A stretch of DNA of 63,448 nt, filler included, from Octopus bimaculoides (GCF_001194135.2; 5 parts of 5 records of this genome joined end to end with filler, not necessarily neighbours in it); one strand, 5' to 3'; positions 40,480 to 51,466 are shown, counted from the first letter of the whole stretch. Notes: generated by a model from the letters alone, not told the origin. A program made the numbers and translations.

Positions 40480-41304
40480 AGGTTATACGTATGTGTATCA
40501 TAATCCAAGCAATCTACAAGGAAGTTGTCATTATATGTGTGTGTGCGGGCATTTTCCTGTTTATTTATCGAAATATCGATTTACCTACATCATCCTGTCT
40601 ACACCTCTACCTCTCTATCGAATTTAATTCTTTCGATTAGGCAAAATACCAAACTTTAACTACCAGGGATTATCGTTAATTTAATCAATCTCAATATATT
40701 GCAAAGAATTATGTTTCAGGAAACGAGATCGTTTTACCTATGAATATCTTAATGTATCCCTATGCCGCCATTACTATCTACACCTTCAGATAACCGCCTC
40801 GCCAAGGTTTTAATTTTCTAGTCCCCATCCAACATACATACTTTCGATATAACATCTCATATTTAATAGAGCAAAACGTCAAAATATATTCAATTTAAAT
40901 TCGGTCCGTCCTATCTACCTATTCATCCTTCCCTATTACCTTCTACTTATATCAACTCAACCTACATACATATTCAACTACCCGTTTGCTTGTCTCCATT
41001 TGTATATCTTAAAATTCTTTCTACCTATATACTATCTCCTTCCCTTATTCTATTATCTGATCTATTTGCCTTTTCTCTTTTTTAAAACGTATTTGCATTA
41101 AACATGCACAAAATGTCAGACTCCAGTAAATCAAACTTGAAGTATTCTCAGAAAATTTATGTGCGGACCATTCTTAGCTATGTTCACATATTTCTATATC
41201 TGTATATTCTTCGCTTTCGTTTTGGAAATTTTCTGCAAACTATCTAAATTTAAAAGAAAAAATTCCACAAAGTAAGGAAACGGTAACAGAATGCAAATAA
41301 TATC

Positions 41305-41320
41305 ACTACTGCTACTACCT

Positions 41321-41374
<54 letters not shown>

Positions 41375-41410
41375 ATAATAATAATAATAATGATAATAAT
41401 AATGATAATG
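41305..41410. repeat. (TAC)n-(AAT)n microsatellite
   Basis: Directly visible. Confidence 0.95.
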
Positions 41411-42395
41411 ACATTAATTTTTGTTGTGATTCTTTGTGAATTTATGGCTAGATTTTGCTTTTAACTAAAATGCTTTGTTTGCACTCGTTCAACAGAAAGA
41501 TAACTTTCGATAATTTGTTTTATCGTTTTTCATTCTCATAAAGGAAGATTATCGTATTTTTAGAAATGAAATATCTTGAATATCTTTAAAGACAGTAAAA
41601 AATTAAAAAAAACACTATGAACCAGTTTTGGGGAAGGGTATGGCAAAGCAACAGATCGAAACATATTATTAAAAGATATAATGAAATCTGGAGAAGTCCA
41701 CACTAAGACAAAACCCCGCTATGGACTATGTGAATGAGAGGGAGACTATAGAGAAATTTATGAATGGCGTAGGGCACTGTACCGGGTTGTAGCAAAATGA
41801 ACTTTAAATGAACCTCAACACTTAATGAGGCTTTCAATACTGTGTTTGTTTTAATTTTTCAAAAATATGGCATGATGGTCTTTTAATTATGTGCATTATA
41901 TAATGTTAATGAGCACAATAGATTTTATCATTAATGTAATATTTTACATCTTAGAGAACTGTTCATAAACTACAAATAATAAGAGTAAAAATTGTGACTA
42001 AAAAATTATGTTTTCATTTTTTCTTAGGGAGTTCCGTCACCAGCGATTCTTTTTATTAAGTTTTTTTCAAGAAGAGTTTGGGTTTGTCTTTGTGGAGTTT
42101 TTCCGACGCTCAGAAATAATTGAGACATTGAGATGTATATGAATATCCTTTTTCTTATAGCATTATATACGAACGCTTCTTGCACTATACATGGCCAGAG
42201 ATATTAAAACAAAAATAAGACATGTTCTAAAATTCATGCAATTTAACGTAAAGAGCGGGTGTAAGATGAGATGAGTAACTACCACAAGGTGCAGTGACGG
42301 TCACGGAGCTAAGAATTTCGCTTCACAACCATAAGTTTCTGTGATCGTTCCCACGACTTGGCTTCTTAGACAATTTGACACACACACACATTACA

Positions 42396-42446
<51 letters not shown>

Positions 42447-42546
42447 NNNNNNNNNNNNNNNNNNNNNNNNNNNNNNNNNNNNNNNNNNNNTTAATTAATT
42501 AANNNNNNNNNNNNNNNNNNNNNNNNNNNNNNNNNNNNNNNNNNNN
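42447..42546. other. Assembly spacer (44 N + TTAATTAATTAA + 44 N)
   Basis: Identical architecture to 24785-24884. Confidence 0.95.
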
Positions 42547-42599
42547 TTTTTTTAAATCCTGGTACTTCTGGTATTTATTGGTCTCCTTTTGCTGAACCT

Positions 42600-42870
42600 C
42601 ATCACCATCATTTAATGTCTGTTGTCCATGCTGGCATGGGTTGGACAGTTTGACCAGGGTTGGCAAGCTGGAACGCAGCATCAGACTCCACTCTGATTTG
42701 GCATGGTTTCTACGGCTGGATGTCCTTCCTAACATGCCAACCACTCCAAGAGTGTAATGGGTGCTCTTATATGCCACTGGCATGGGTACCGTTTGTGTGA
42801 GACTGGTATCTGCAATGGCTGCGATTTTGCTTGGCTTGATGGGTCTTCTTCTCAAGTACTGGGATGTAAA
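42600..42870 (-). mobile_element. Short RTE-tail-derived element (3' end of RTE LINE or partner SINE)
   Basis: Matches the reverse complement of the RTE tail at 24110-24290. Further copies at 9640-9850 (-), 23105-23460 (-), 45010-45310 (+) and 46765-46855 (-). Confidence 0.75.
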
Positions 42871-43245
42871 CAAACCAACACTGGTTCCCTCACCTGTCCC
42901 TGTCGTTTGTTTTCTGTACATTAGAACCATACATGTGTGTGTGTGTGTGTGTGTATGCTTTGTGTTGTTGGTTCTTCACTAATGTTCAACAACTGGTGTT
43001 GGTTCATTTATGTCCCCATAGCTTAGCAGCTCAGCAGAAGAAACCTGTAGAATAAGTACAAAACTTAGAAAGCAAAATAAATTCTGGGGTTGATTTATTC
43101 AACTAAAGAATTCTTCAAAGTGGTGCTCCAGCATGGCCACAACCTAAAACAAGTAAAAGGGGGAAAAACCTTTAATTGTTAAGATTTATGTATTTTAATC
43201 TGTAAATGTTTTTTTTTTTTTTTTTTTTTTTTTGTGTTTCCTAAG

Positions 43246-43416
43246 GATTGCCCTCCTGCTTGTATCCTGCCCTGGCTTGAAGAAATTCAGCAAAAGATAC
43301 CGCTGTGCCTCCACTCAGCTGAGTTTTGGATGCTGAAGGCACGAGTTCAATTCCTGCTCAAGGATGTTGATCAACTTTTTGAGGTGTTTGGCAATGCCAT
43401 GAAGTACAAGGCTAAG
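43246..43416 (+). CDS. CKAP2: CKAP2/CKAP2L-like protein, internal coding exon (CKAP2 C-terminal domain)
   Basis: Long poly-T tract + AAG acceptor, 171-nt phase 0/0 exon, GTGAGT donor at 43417. Translation DCPPACILPWLEEIQQKIPLCLHSAEFWMLKARVQFLLKDVDQLFEVFGNAMKYKAK resembles the recalled vertebrate CKAP2 segment GCP..IL..L....IP....L..YW.C.A......I...YE.AI..GAQ. Confidence 0.7.
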
Positions 43417-43735
43417 GTGAGTGTGTCTGCATAAACACTATCATCTCTTACCTTCACTAATTTCATCAGCATCATTTCCATCACCTTTATCATCATTATC
43501 CATCATCACCACCTCCATTATCGCCAGCATCATCATCACTCATCATCCCATCACAACCATTGCCTCCTCCATCACCAGCATCACTATATCTCTCTTCATC
43601 ACCAATGCCAATCATAATTTAATTTTTCATCATCACCATCACCTTTTTTTTAATATATGGATTTATTTTTCATTTTTGCTCTTTCCTCTCCACGCATGAC
43701 CCCCACCACTGACCTCCGTCCACATCGACTCCCAG

Positions 43736-43854
43736 CCGGCTGACGTCATCACAGAATCCCTGCCCAAGATGATCAAAGACTTGGTCGCGTCCAAAGAGAA
43801 CTCCGAAGCCACACCAATGATGATCACCCCTCCAGCCTCCAGAGGTGGAGCAGG
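43736..43854 (+). CDS. CKAP2: CKAP2-like protein, penultimate coding exon (may extend to 43932 and into the N gap)
   Basis: Pyrimidine tract + CAG acceptor. PADVITESLPKMIKDLVASKENSEATPMMITPPASRGGAG continues the previous exon in frame (cf. P.EE....I.DIL). The GTATGC donor at 43855 gives phase 2, matching the next exon. The frame is also open up to the gap at 43933. Confidence 0.65.
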
Positions 43855-44328
43855 GTATGCCCCCTACACACCATCGCAGACTCCATACGATATGCCATCC
43901 GTTCACGGGCTGGACGTCACTCATTATGCCGANNNNNNNNNNNNNNNNNNNNNNNNNNNNNNNNNNNNNNNNNNNNNNNNNNNNNNNNNNNNNNNNNNNN
44001 NNNNNNNNNNNNNNNNNNNNNNNNNNNNNNNNNNNNNNNNNNNNNNNNNNNNNNNNNNNNNNNNNNNNNNNNNNNNNNNNNNNNNNNNNNNNNNNNNNNN
44101 NNNNNNNNNNNNNNNNNNNNNNNNNNNNNNNNNNNNNNNNNNNNNNNNNNNNNNNNNNNNNNNNNNNNNNNNNNNNNNNNNNNNNNNNNNNNNNNNNNNN
44201 NNNNNNNNNNNNNNNNNNNNNNNNNNNNNAAAAAAAAAAAAAAAAAAAAAAAAAATAGAAGTAAAAGAATACACATCTTGTGTCCTTCGTTGCTGAAAAT
44301 CTCTAGTTTTTCTCTGTTTAATCTTCAG

Positions 44329-44509
44329 GTCTGAAAGTGTTGAAGACAGCGATGCCATTCTGATAACGCCAGTCCGTCGCACCACTCGCAGAAGCGTCGT
44401 CTCAGCAAGGAAGTCACGGCTTGATGTTATCATCGATTCTCTCGACGACTGTGTTCTTGGAGACAAGAAAAACGTCTTGTTTCAGGACAACCCTGCCATT
44501 CTTCAGTGA
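44329..44509 (+). CDS. CKAP2: CKAP2-like protein, terminal coding exon
   Basis: TTTAATCTTCAG acceptor. Translation SESVEDSDAILITPVRRTTRRSVVSARKSRLDVIIDSLDDCVLGDKKNVLFQDNPAILQ* matches the recalled CKAP2 family C-terminal motif TPVRRS.R....V.SL..L.....F..N.AL. TGA at 44507-44509. Confidence 0.72.
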
Positions 44510-44920
44510 CCGAACTTTGAAGAACTGCGGTTGTAAAGCTGAAGAAGAACTCTCTGATGGTGACTGTGATGATGCTTGTGGTGATAGTGAGGGTGATGAT
44601 GATGATGATGCTTGTGGTGATGGTGGTGTGTTATTTGCCAGTGTGTGGGTGTGGGAATTGAACTCGGTAAATTTCATCTTTCCACATACACTGCATGCAT
44701 CCACGCATACAGATATCCATACATGCACACACACACGCACACCTGCTGGATGTGTATACCCCACTGTCTGTATGCACACACACACACACACACTCATACA
44801 CCGATGCGCATGTATGCACACAAGGGTTTCTCACCCAACAGAAATGTTTTATTCTTTTTCTAAGGTTTTATTGTATATATACACACTCATTAACATGAAT
44901 GTTTTTATTTGTACATAAAA

Positions 44921-44926
44921 AATAAA
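44921..44926 (+). terminator. Candidate polyadenylation signal of the CKAP2-like gene
   Basis: AATAAA about 410 nt after the stop, followed by T/GT-rich sequence. Confidence 0.4.
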
Positions 44927-46044
44927 TTTTACTGGTTTAAAAAAACTCTTTGATGAAATTAAATTTTATTTTGTTCTTTTTTTGTGTGTGTGTGTGTGTG
45001 TGTGTTGGTGCCACATAAAAAGCACGCAGTCCACTCTGTGAAGTGGTTGGCACTCTGTAAAGTGGAAGGGCATCCAAGCATAGAACCTTTGCCACAACAG
45101 ACAATGGAACGAGGTACAACTCCCGGCCCTACCAGCTCCATGGTGTTACATAAAAGGCATCTAGTACACTCTGTAAAGTGGTTGGCAATTTGAAGGGCAT
45201 CCAGCCATAGAACTCCTGCAAGAAGAATGGAACCTGGTTCTGCTTTCTGTCTTCACCAGCTGCTGTCAGATCCTCCAACCCATGCCAGCATGGAAAATAG
45301 ACATTAATTGACAGCATTAACATTTTGCCAATTCTGGATTTTCAAACTGTGTCCAAAGAATAGATAAGAGTCATCTTCACATAAAAATGTGAAGATTGAA
45401 TGAAGAAGACACTGGAGAAAAGCAGTGTGTGATGGAAGGAAAGAAATTGAACAAAGGTTGGGTTGTGTATGAACGGCTAGAGAGATCCTCATTAGGGTCT
45501 TGATGAAAATTTGCCTGAGTATGTTGGTACGCAGCCTGGTTTAACGTGTAACGAGTGTGGGTGTGTCTGTCTATGTCAGGCAGGTCTTGGAAGTTATCTG
45601 AGAAATTACACCCAGACAGGGAAGTTGTCGACTATAAATTATAATAAAGGGTAATGACCCCTGTCGGTTCTGAAAGGCCATGGGATTGCGCCTAGACAGT
45701 TCCCTTCCTAGGAACAAGTCCAGGCAAGATTGTTTATGGAACATCTACAGCTGGATGCCCTTTCTGTCGCCAACCCTGACTTGTTTCCAGGCAACGTAGG
45801 TGTTTTCCCACGGCCAGATATATTTTTCATTGAAGAGTTGAAACGAACAACCTCATTTGTATGACAATGATGCTCGTTTACAACTAGGTCACAGGGATAT
45901 AAACAAACCAATACTGGTTGTTACATGGTGGGAGGGACAAGCCCACACATATATGGTATTCCCTTGACTATTGCAGGTGTTAAGTTCCAAAACTCACCGT
46001 GATAGGTGAAAATCCGCGAAATAGAAACAGTACTGTACTCTCTC

Positions 46045-46219
46045 TTTTACTTGTTTCAGTCATTTGACTGCGGCCATGCTGGAGCACCGACTTTATAGTC
46101 AAGCAAATCGACCCCAGAGCTTATTCTTTGTAAGCCTAGTACTTATTCTATCGGTTTCTTTTATCTACCGCTAAGTTACGGGGACGCAAACACACCACCA
46201 TTGTCAAGCGATACTGGGA

Positions 46220-46222
<3 letters not shown>
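46045..46222 (-). mobile_element. SINE 3' module (ttgtttcagtcatttgactgcggccatgctggagcacc family)
   Basis: Recurring consensus, also at 22345-22460, 52810-52990 and, in the opposite orientation, 42975-43165, 60-190 and 680-730. Confidence 0.75.
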
Positions 46223-46263
<41 letters not shown>

Positions 46264-47799
46264 AATTAAACAATGGGGTAAAAAATTGGATATTAATTAA
46301 TATCAATTTAGTACCAGGTAACAAGCACATTAAAAGAATCAGGGAGATTCAGGAAAATTATCTGAGATCTCAAACGATTATTGTATATGTATATATAAAA
46401 ATATGTATAAAGGAGGCCACTAGGTGGACTGCTAATGTGCTAGAAGAAGCTACTTACCACATGTATATATTTATTTTATTATAAATGCAAAACAACACCA
46501 CAGAGGAATTGATGTAAACTTAAATAATGAATCGCGATATGGCAAGGGATTACTGTACATATATATATACGATGGACTTCCATACAATTTCCGTCTGTTA
46601 AATTCACAAGGCAATAGGATGGCCCCAAGAGAAGTGTTTTTTGAACTGAAAACCTAAACATGGCACACGTGTTTCTGTGTGTAATTAAGTTTACAGTAAA
46701 ATATTAAGCGATTCTGTTTACAAAAGAAAGACTTAACGCCATTCAATTCATCATCATCATCATCATCATTTAACGTCTGCTTTCCATGCTGGCATGGGTT
46801 GAACGGTTTGACAGGGAGTTGGCAAGCCGGAGAGCTGTCCAGACTCCAACTGTCTGTTCACAGTTATATATTTATGCGACATTTTATCGAAAAAGTTGAT
46901 TCCCATTTATATATTTTATATTTTCTACTCTGTTTAGACATTATGGTCAACTACACACACACACACACACACAAACGTATATACCTACCTACATACATAC
47001 TGCATTGGCTTGGAAACGGGGTTGTGATTTATACACGAACCAAAGCTTTAGCCCATATATAAATCACACCCTATTTTTTTGTTTTTAAGTTAAAATCAAT
47101 TGGGAAACAGTTCGATTGATGATTACAGGTTCATCACCATCGAATTCACTGTGAGGAAAGTTTACCGAGAAAATATCTGTTTAGTATCTTACCATTAATA
47201 ATTAAAAACTATTTTGACAAAAAAAAGGCAAATAAAAAAGAAATAACATGAATTGATGACGGTGAACTAACCGGACATGGCGACTGATACACAAATAGAG
47301 TATTTTTCCTATTTTTAGTATTTTGCAAATACTCGGCAAATTGTATTTTACAAGCAGCTGCTTTCGATCAATTGTATTGCAATCAACTTTTCCGATATCA
47401 AAACTTGTTAACCAATTCCAGAAGCAAGTGTAACGTGTCACCAGATCAATTACTTTAATAAACAATGCCTTTATAAAATTGTGGAAATTACACAGATAGT
47501 TGTCACTTCATTCGTTTGAACTTACTCGAATGAGTTAACTCCCTTTAATTGTCAGTTATATGCTTACACTTACCTTTTCACTCTTGAAAAGTTTTTGACG
47601 GAGTCAATTAATTAAATCCCAGTGTATTACTGTTTTTTTCTCCTTTTTTTTTTATCGAGTCTGAAATGGCGATAATAATAATTATAAGGAATGGTCTGTA
47701 TTTTTTGCATTGATCTGAGAATTTTGAACAATATTGTTTTTTTATGGAATGGTTTATAAGATTATATGTGTGTGTGTGTGTGGTGAGGTGAATGGTGGC

Positions 47800-48095
47800 G
47801 TTAGAGAGAAGTAGAGTGAAAGAAAGATAACAGAGAGGTGGTAAGGTGAGAAAGAGTAGATAAAGAAGGAAAAAGAGGAGGGAAAAGGAGAGAAACTGAA
47901 AAAAAAGAGGGGGAGAGGAGAGAAATGTTGGAGAAAAAAGAAGAAAGCGAAAAAGGGGAGAAAAGGAAGAAAAACTTGGGAAAAAGAGAGAAGCTGAGAA
48001 TGGGAGAAGAAAATAAAAATACAAAAGGTAAAGAAAAGAAGAAGCCAAGAACAAACGAGAAGAGAATAAGAAAGGAATAATAAAAATTGAGATGT
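47800..48095. repeat. Polypurine/polypyrimidine low-complexity tract in the GPCR 3' UTR
   Basis: About 300 nt of nearly pure G/A on the plus strand. Confidence 0.8.
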
Positions 48096-48127
48096 CCCAA
48101 AATGTTCATTATTGTCTTTTTGTTTTT

Positions 48128-49083
48128 TTAGTCTGATTGTTTGGAGAAACTCTCTGAATCACTGCTGAAGGTGTTGACAGCATCGTCATCGTCATCGTCA
48201 TTGTCGAATGTCTCAACAGTATCAGCTTCGGTGCTGGTATTCTCCGGTTCAAATTTCGTCGTCTCAGTAGACACTTCGCTTTCGAGGTCGTGTTGTTTTT
48301 CGAGATGGCAATGTTGTTGTAAAAGATGCCGATGTTGTTGTTGTTGTTGTTGTTGCTGCTGCTGTTCTTCGTATTCTTGTTCTTTTTGTTTTTGTTGTAG
48401 CTGCTGATCCTTCTCCTGCTGCTGCTGTTGTTGTTGTTGTTGTTGCTGATCCTGCATTTCAAGTTGCAACAACTGCAGCTGCTGGTGCCGGTGTCGCTGC
48501 TGGTCCTTGCCACCGGGCAGGCGTTTCGTGACGCAGTGGAACGTTGCCAGGAAAGCCTTGCGGAAGCTCTTGTTCATGAAGCAATAAGTGATCGGATTAC
48601 AACAGGACGAGAGATAAGCAAGCAGATAAATAGAATTCATTCCGACGGCCGTCAAATGACGGCGGATACCTCGTGGGTCAAAGGCCTTCCAGGTCTGAAC
48701 GCAAAAGAGAGGACACCAACAGACGAAAAACTCAAGCACAATCACACACAGCATTTTAATAACGCGTTTCTTGGTGGTCACACTCTTCCCCATGTTTGAC
48801 TGACGTACTCCCCCTCCACCGGTCAAGCGCCGATGTTTCCGATGCTGCGAGGAGGAACTCAAATTCAAATTGGAATTATGGTTTGGGGTTACACTCTGGT
48901 TACACTTACGTTTAGGGTTTCGTTTCGATATCTGTTTCCGGTCGGCGCCATCATGACGCGGGTTATTTTCGGTATATTTTTTAGCATGCTTCTTTAGGTC
49001 ACCTCCTTGGTTTATCTTAGTCGTTTCATTGCACACGATCATCTTTACATTTTCTTTTTCCTTCTTTTTGCTCTTCTCTGCAT
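48128..49083 (-). CDS. CCKAR: Cholecystokinin/sulfakinin receptor-like GPCR, terminal exon (ICL3, TM6, TM7, C-tail)
   Basis: TTTCTTTTGCAG acceptor, phase 1 compatible with the upstream exon. KKRVIKMLCVIVLEFFVCWCPLF (TM6) and LAYLSSCCNPITYCFMNKSFRKAF (TM7/H8) are diagnostic of the CCK/sulfakinin receptor family. TAA at 48130-48128. Confidence 0.9.
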
Positions 49084-49164
49084 CTGCAAAAGAAATTAAA
49101 AAATATATATATTTCTTTATTGCCCACAGAGGGCTAAACATAGAGGGGACAAACAAAGACAGAC

Positions 49165-49560
49165 AAAGGGATTAAGTCGATTACATCGACCCCAGTGCAT
49201 AACTGGTACTTAATTTATCGATCCCCGAAAGGATGAAAGGCAAAGTCGACCTCGGCAGAATTTGAACCGGGAACGTAAAGACAGATAAAATACCGCAAAG
49301 CATTTCGCCTGGCGTGCTAACTTTTCTGCCAGCTCTCCGCTGTTTACTTGTTTCAGTCGTTAGGCAGCGGCCATGCTGGGGCACCACCTTAAAAAAAAAT
49401 CTCTATCCGAATGAATCGACTCCAGTACTTTTTTCTTTTTAAAACTTGCTACTTATTCTATCTGGTCTGTTTTTGCCGAACTGCTATGTTACGGAGACGT
49501 AAACAAACCAACACCAGTTGTCAAGCAGTGGTGGGAGACAAACAGACAAACACACACACA
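49165..49560 (-). mobile_element. Adjacent SINEs in the GPCR intron (GGCGGCGAGCTGG family 49165-49340; GCTCCAGCATGGCCG-tail family 49340-49560)
   Basis: Reverse complements match the copies at 37439 and 42975. Confidence 0.8.
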
Positions 49561-49580
49561 CACACACAGACACACACACA

Positions 49581-49885
49581 CAAGGGGGTGCTGAAAAGTT
49601 CTTGGCTGAAAGGGTAGCGCTGTTACCTTTGCAGGGAGAGTAGGACAACTATTTAGGAGAAGACATGCAAAATATCATGAAGGTATAAATATTTCTTCCT
49701 CTTTTTCACAGATTTAACGCATGATGGCAGCTCTTACAATGGATTTTGATAAAATTGAAGCACGAGCGGTCAAGAAGTTTCTCTTTTTGCAAGACAAAAG
49801 AATGGTGGAAATCCATGACAAAATGAAGAAAGTCTTGAAGGATGGTTGCCCGTCTTATTCTACTGTGAAAGTCTGGGTTTTTGGA
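49581..49885 (+). mobile_element. Mariner 5' fragment (TIR + N-terminal HTH) in the GPCR intron
   Basis: Same TIR (caagggggtgctgaaaagttcttggct), then MDFDKIEARAVKKFLFLQDK..VEIHDKM.KVL.DGCPSYSTVKVWV. Confidence 0.8.
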
Positions 49886-50057
49886 TTGGTCATCTCCCAG
49901 GACAAGTACCCCCTTGGTTAATTGCCTCCTCCCCAATATATTAAGAAGTTTCAAATCATCACCTGTTGTCCTCAGAGGTAATTGTCATGGGGAGGGGGGG
50001 TATTGTCCAGGTGGGGGTTAATGTCTTAGACACGTATATATAAGCTCACTGGCTGAT

Positions 50058-50094
<37 letters not shown>

Positions 50095-50599
50095 CTCACT
50101 GGCTGATTGCAATACTAGTACCTGTTCTAGCACTGTTTTTTCTATATATATTGCTGGTGTGGAGTGGATTCGCTGCTATTTCTAGCGTTCAAGTGCCCAT
50201 CATTGATGAGACCAAGGAAGGTTGAAATCCCATGATCTGATGGTCTCAGCACTCGAGGTGGCAGGGATTTATCTCCCCTGCTAACAATATGCACAAAAGT
50301 ACCACAGTATAATTTGTTCTAACATAACATCCACATTTAAACGGAAACAAAACATTACCTGTCGGTATTAATACTGCTTCTGTCCCCAATGAATATTTCT
50401 TAACAAGCTCACTGCCTAATCGTGACACCAGCTCCTGTTCTGGCACTGTTCTTCTATATATCGCTGGTGGGGTGATGAATCGCTGCTCTTTCTAGCAGTC
50501 GAGCGTCCATCATTGACAGGACCAAGAAAAGTCAAAATCGCTTGACCTGGTGGTCATGATTAAGTGGGGATAAAACATACCCCTTGGTGTTAATTCTGC

Positions 50600-51060
50600 C
50601 TCTTTCTTCTTTCTTGCCTTTAACCCTCCAACGCGGAGTATAGGCCACTTATAATTGAATTCCATGTCGCATAATTTTCCGCTTCTGTACTTATACTCTG
50701 CCATGAATGTCCCCCTTTCTCTAGTTCCTTTTGTGTTGATCTACGCAACGAATTCTTAGGCCTACGCCACGAGTTCTTAGGCCTACCCCTCTTTCTATAT
50801 CCATCCGGATTCCACTGTAAAGCACTTTTCGCTGCATTTGGTGTGTCCTTTTCTAATTGTGCTACCAATTCCACTGCCACTTTTTCTTAAATATTTGCTC
50901 CCTAATCGAAACTTGATTTGTTCTTTGCCATAGCTCCATAGTGCTTATGTGTTCGGGCCATCTAATTTTAAGTATACTACGCAAGCACCTGTTGATGAAT
51001 GATTGTATTTGCTTATTTGACTTAACTGCTATTTGCCTCTGTCGCAAATAAATATTTTGC
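50600..51060 (-). mobile_element. Second RTE-type LINE C-terminal fragment in the GPCR intron
   Basis: IQSFINRCLRSILKIRWPEHIS..ELWQRTNQ....QI.KKKW.W and AL.WNPDG.RKRGRPKNSWRR....EL. Confidence 0.8.
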
Positions 51061-51094
51061 AATGAAATTATAATTCAATAAAGAAAGGGCTTAC

Positions 51095-51466
51095 CTTTTT
51101 GAATTTTTTCGTCCATTTTGATGCCTAACCACAATGTCCGTACAATTAGTCCGTATGAACACGACATGATGAGAATGGGTACAATCAGGAGGATCCAGTC
51201 GAGAAAAACGGTGTACGATTGGCTGCCCAGTTTAGTCGGCCATATCTCTCTGCAAAAATGTATCTGACCATTCCAGGTGGACACCAGTTTGGTGTATATG
51301 GCTATGGGAATGACCACAGCGAAGGCGAGTAGCCAGCAAGCGGCAATAGTCTTGTAAGCATGCGACAGGGTCTGCCATTGGCGCGAGTAGAGAGGATGGC
51401 AGATGGCGAAGTAGCGTTCCAGGGACATGGCGACCAAGGTGAAGCAACTGACGGAAACGGAAACAC
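51095..51466 (-). CDS. CCKAR: Cholecystokinin/sulfakinin receptor-like class A GPCR, exon encoding TM3-TM5
   Basis: (AC)nAG acceptor, GTAAG donor, phase 1/1. (G)VSVSVSCFTLVAMSLERYFAICHPLYSRQWQTLSHAYKTIAACW...CREIWP...FLDWILLIVP..IMSCSYGLIVRTLW closely follows recalled CCKR motifs (SVSVSTFNLVAISLERY.AIC.PL.SR.WQT.SHA.K.IAATW). The symbol indicates family, not proven orthology. Confidence 0.9.

Noticed and set aside
44507-44536. Stop-codon readthrough of CKAP2 (TGA-C context)
   Set aside because: The context is not the strong TGA-CTAG motif, and the 8-aa extension has no recognisable signal.
44421-44918. 165-aa ORF with acidic GDCDD repeats overlapping the CKAP2 last exon
   Set aside because: It is a different frame from the conserved CKAP2 motif, and its length is explained by GAT/GGT and CA repeats in the 3' UTR.
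48109-48799. Alternative-frame and antisense ORFs over the GPCR exon
   Set aside because: Shadows of the real CDS and its trinucleotide repeats.
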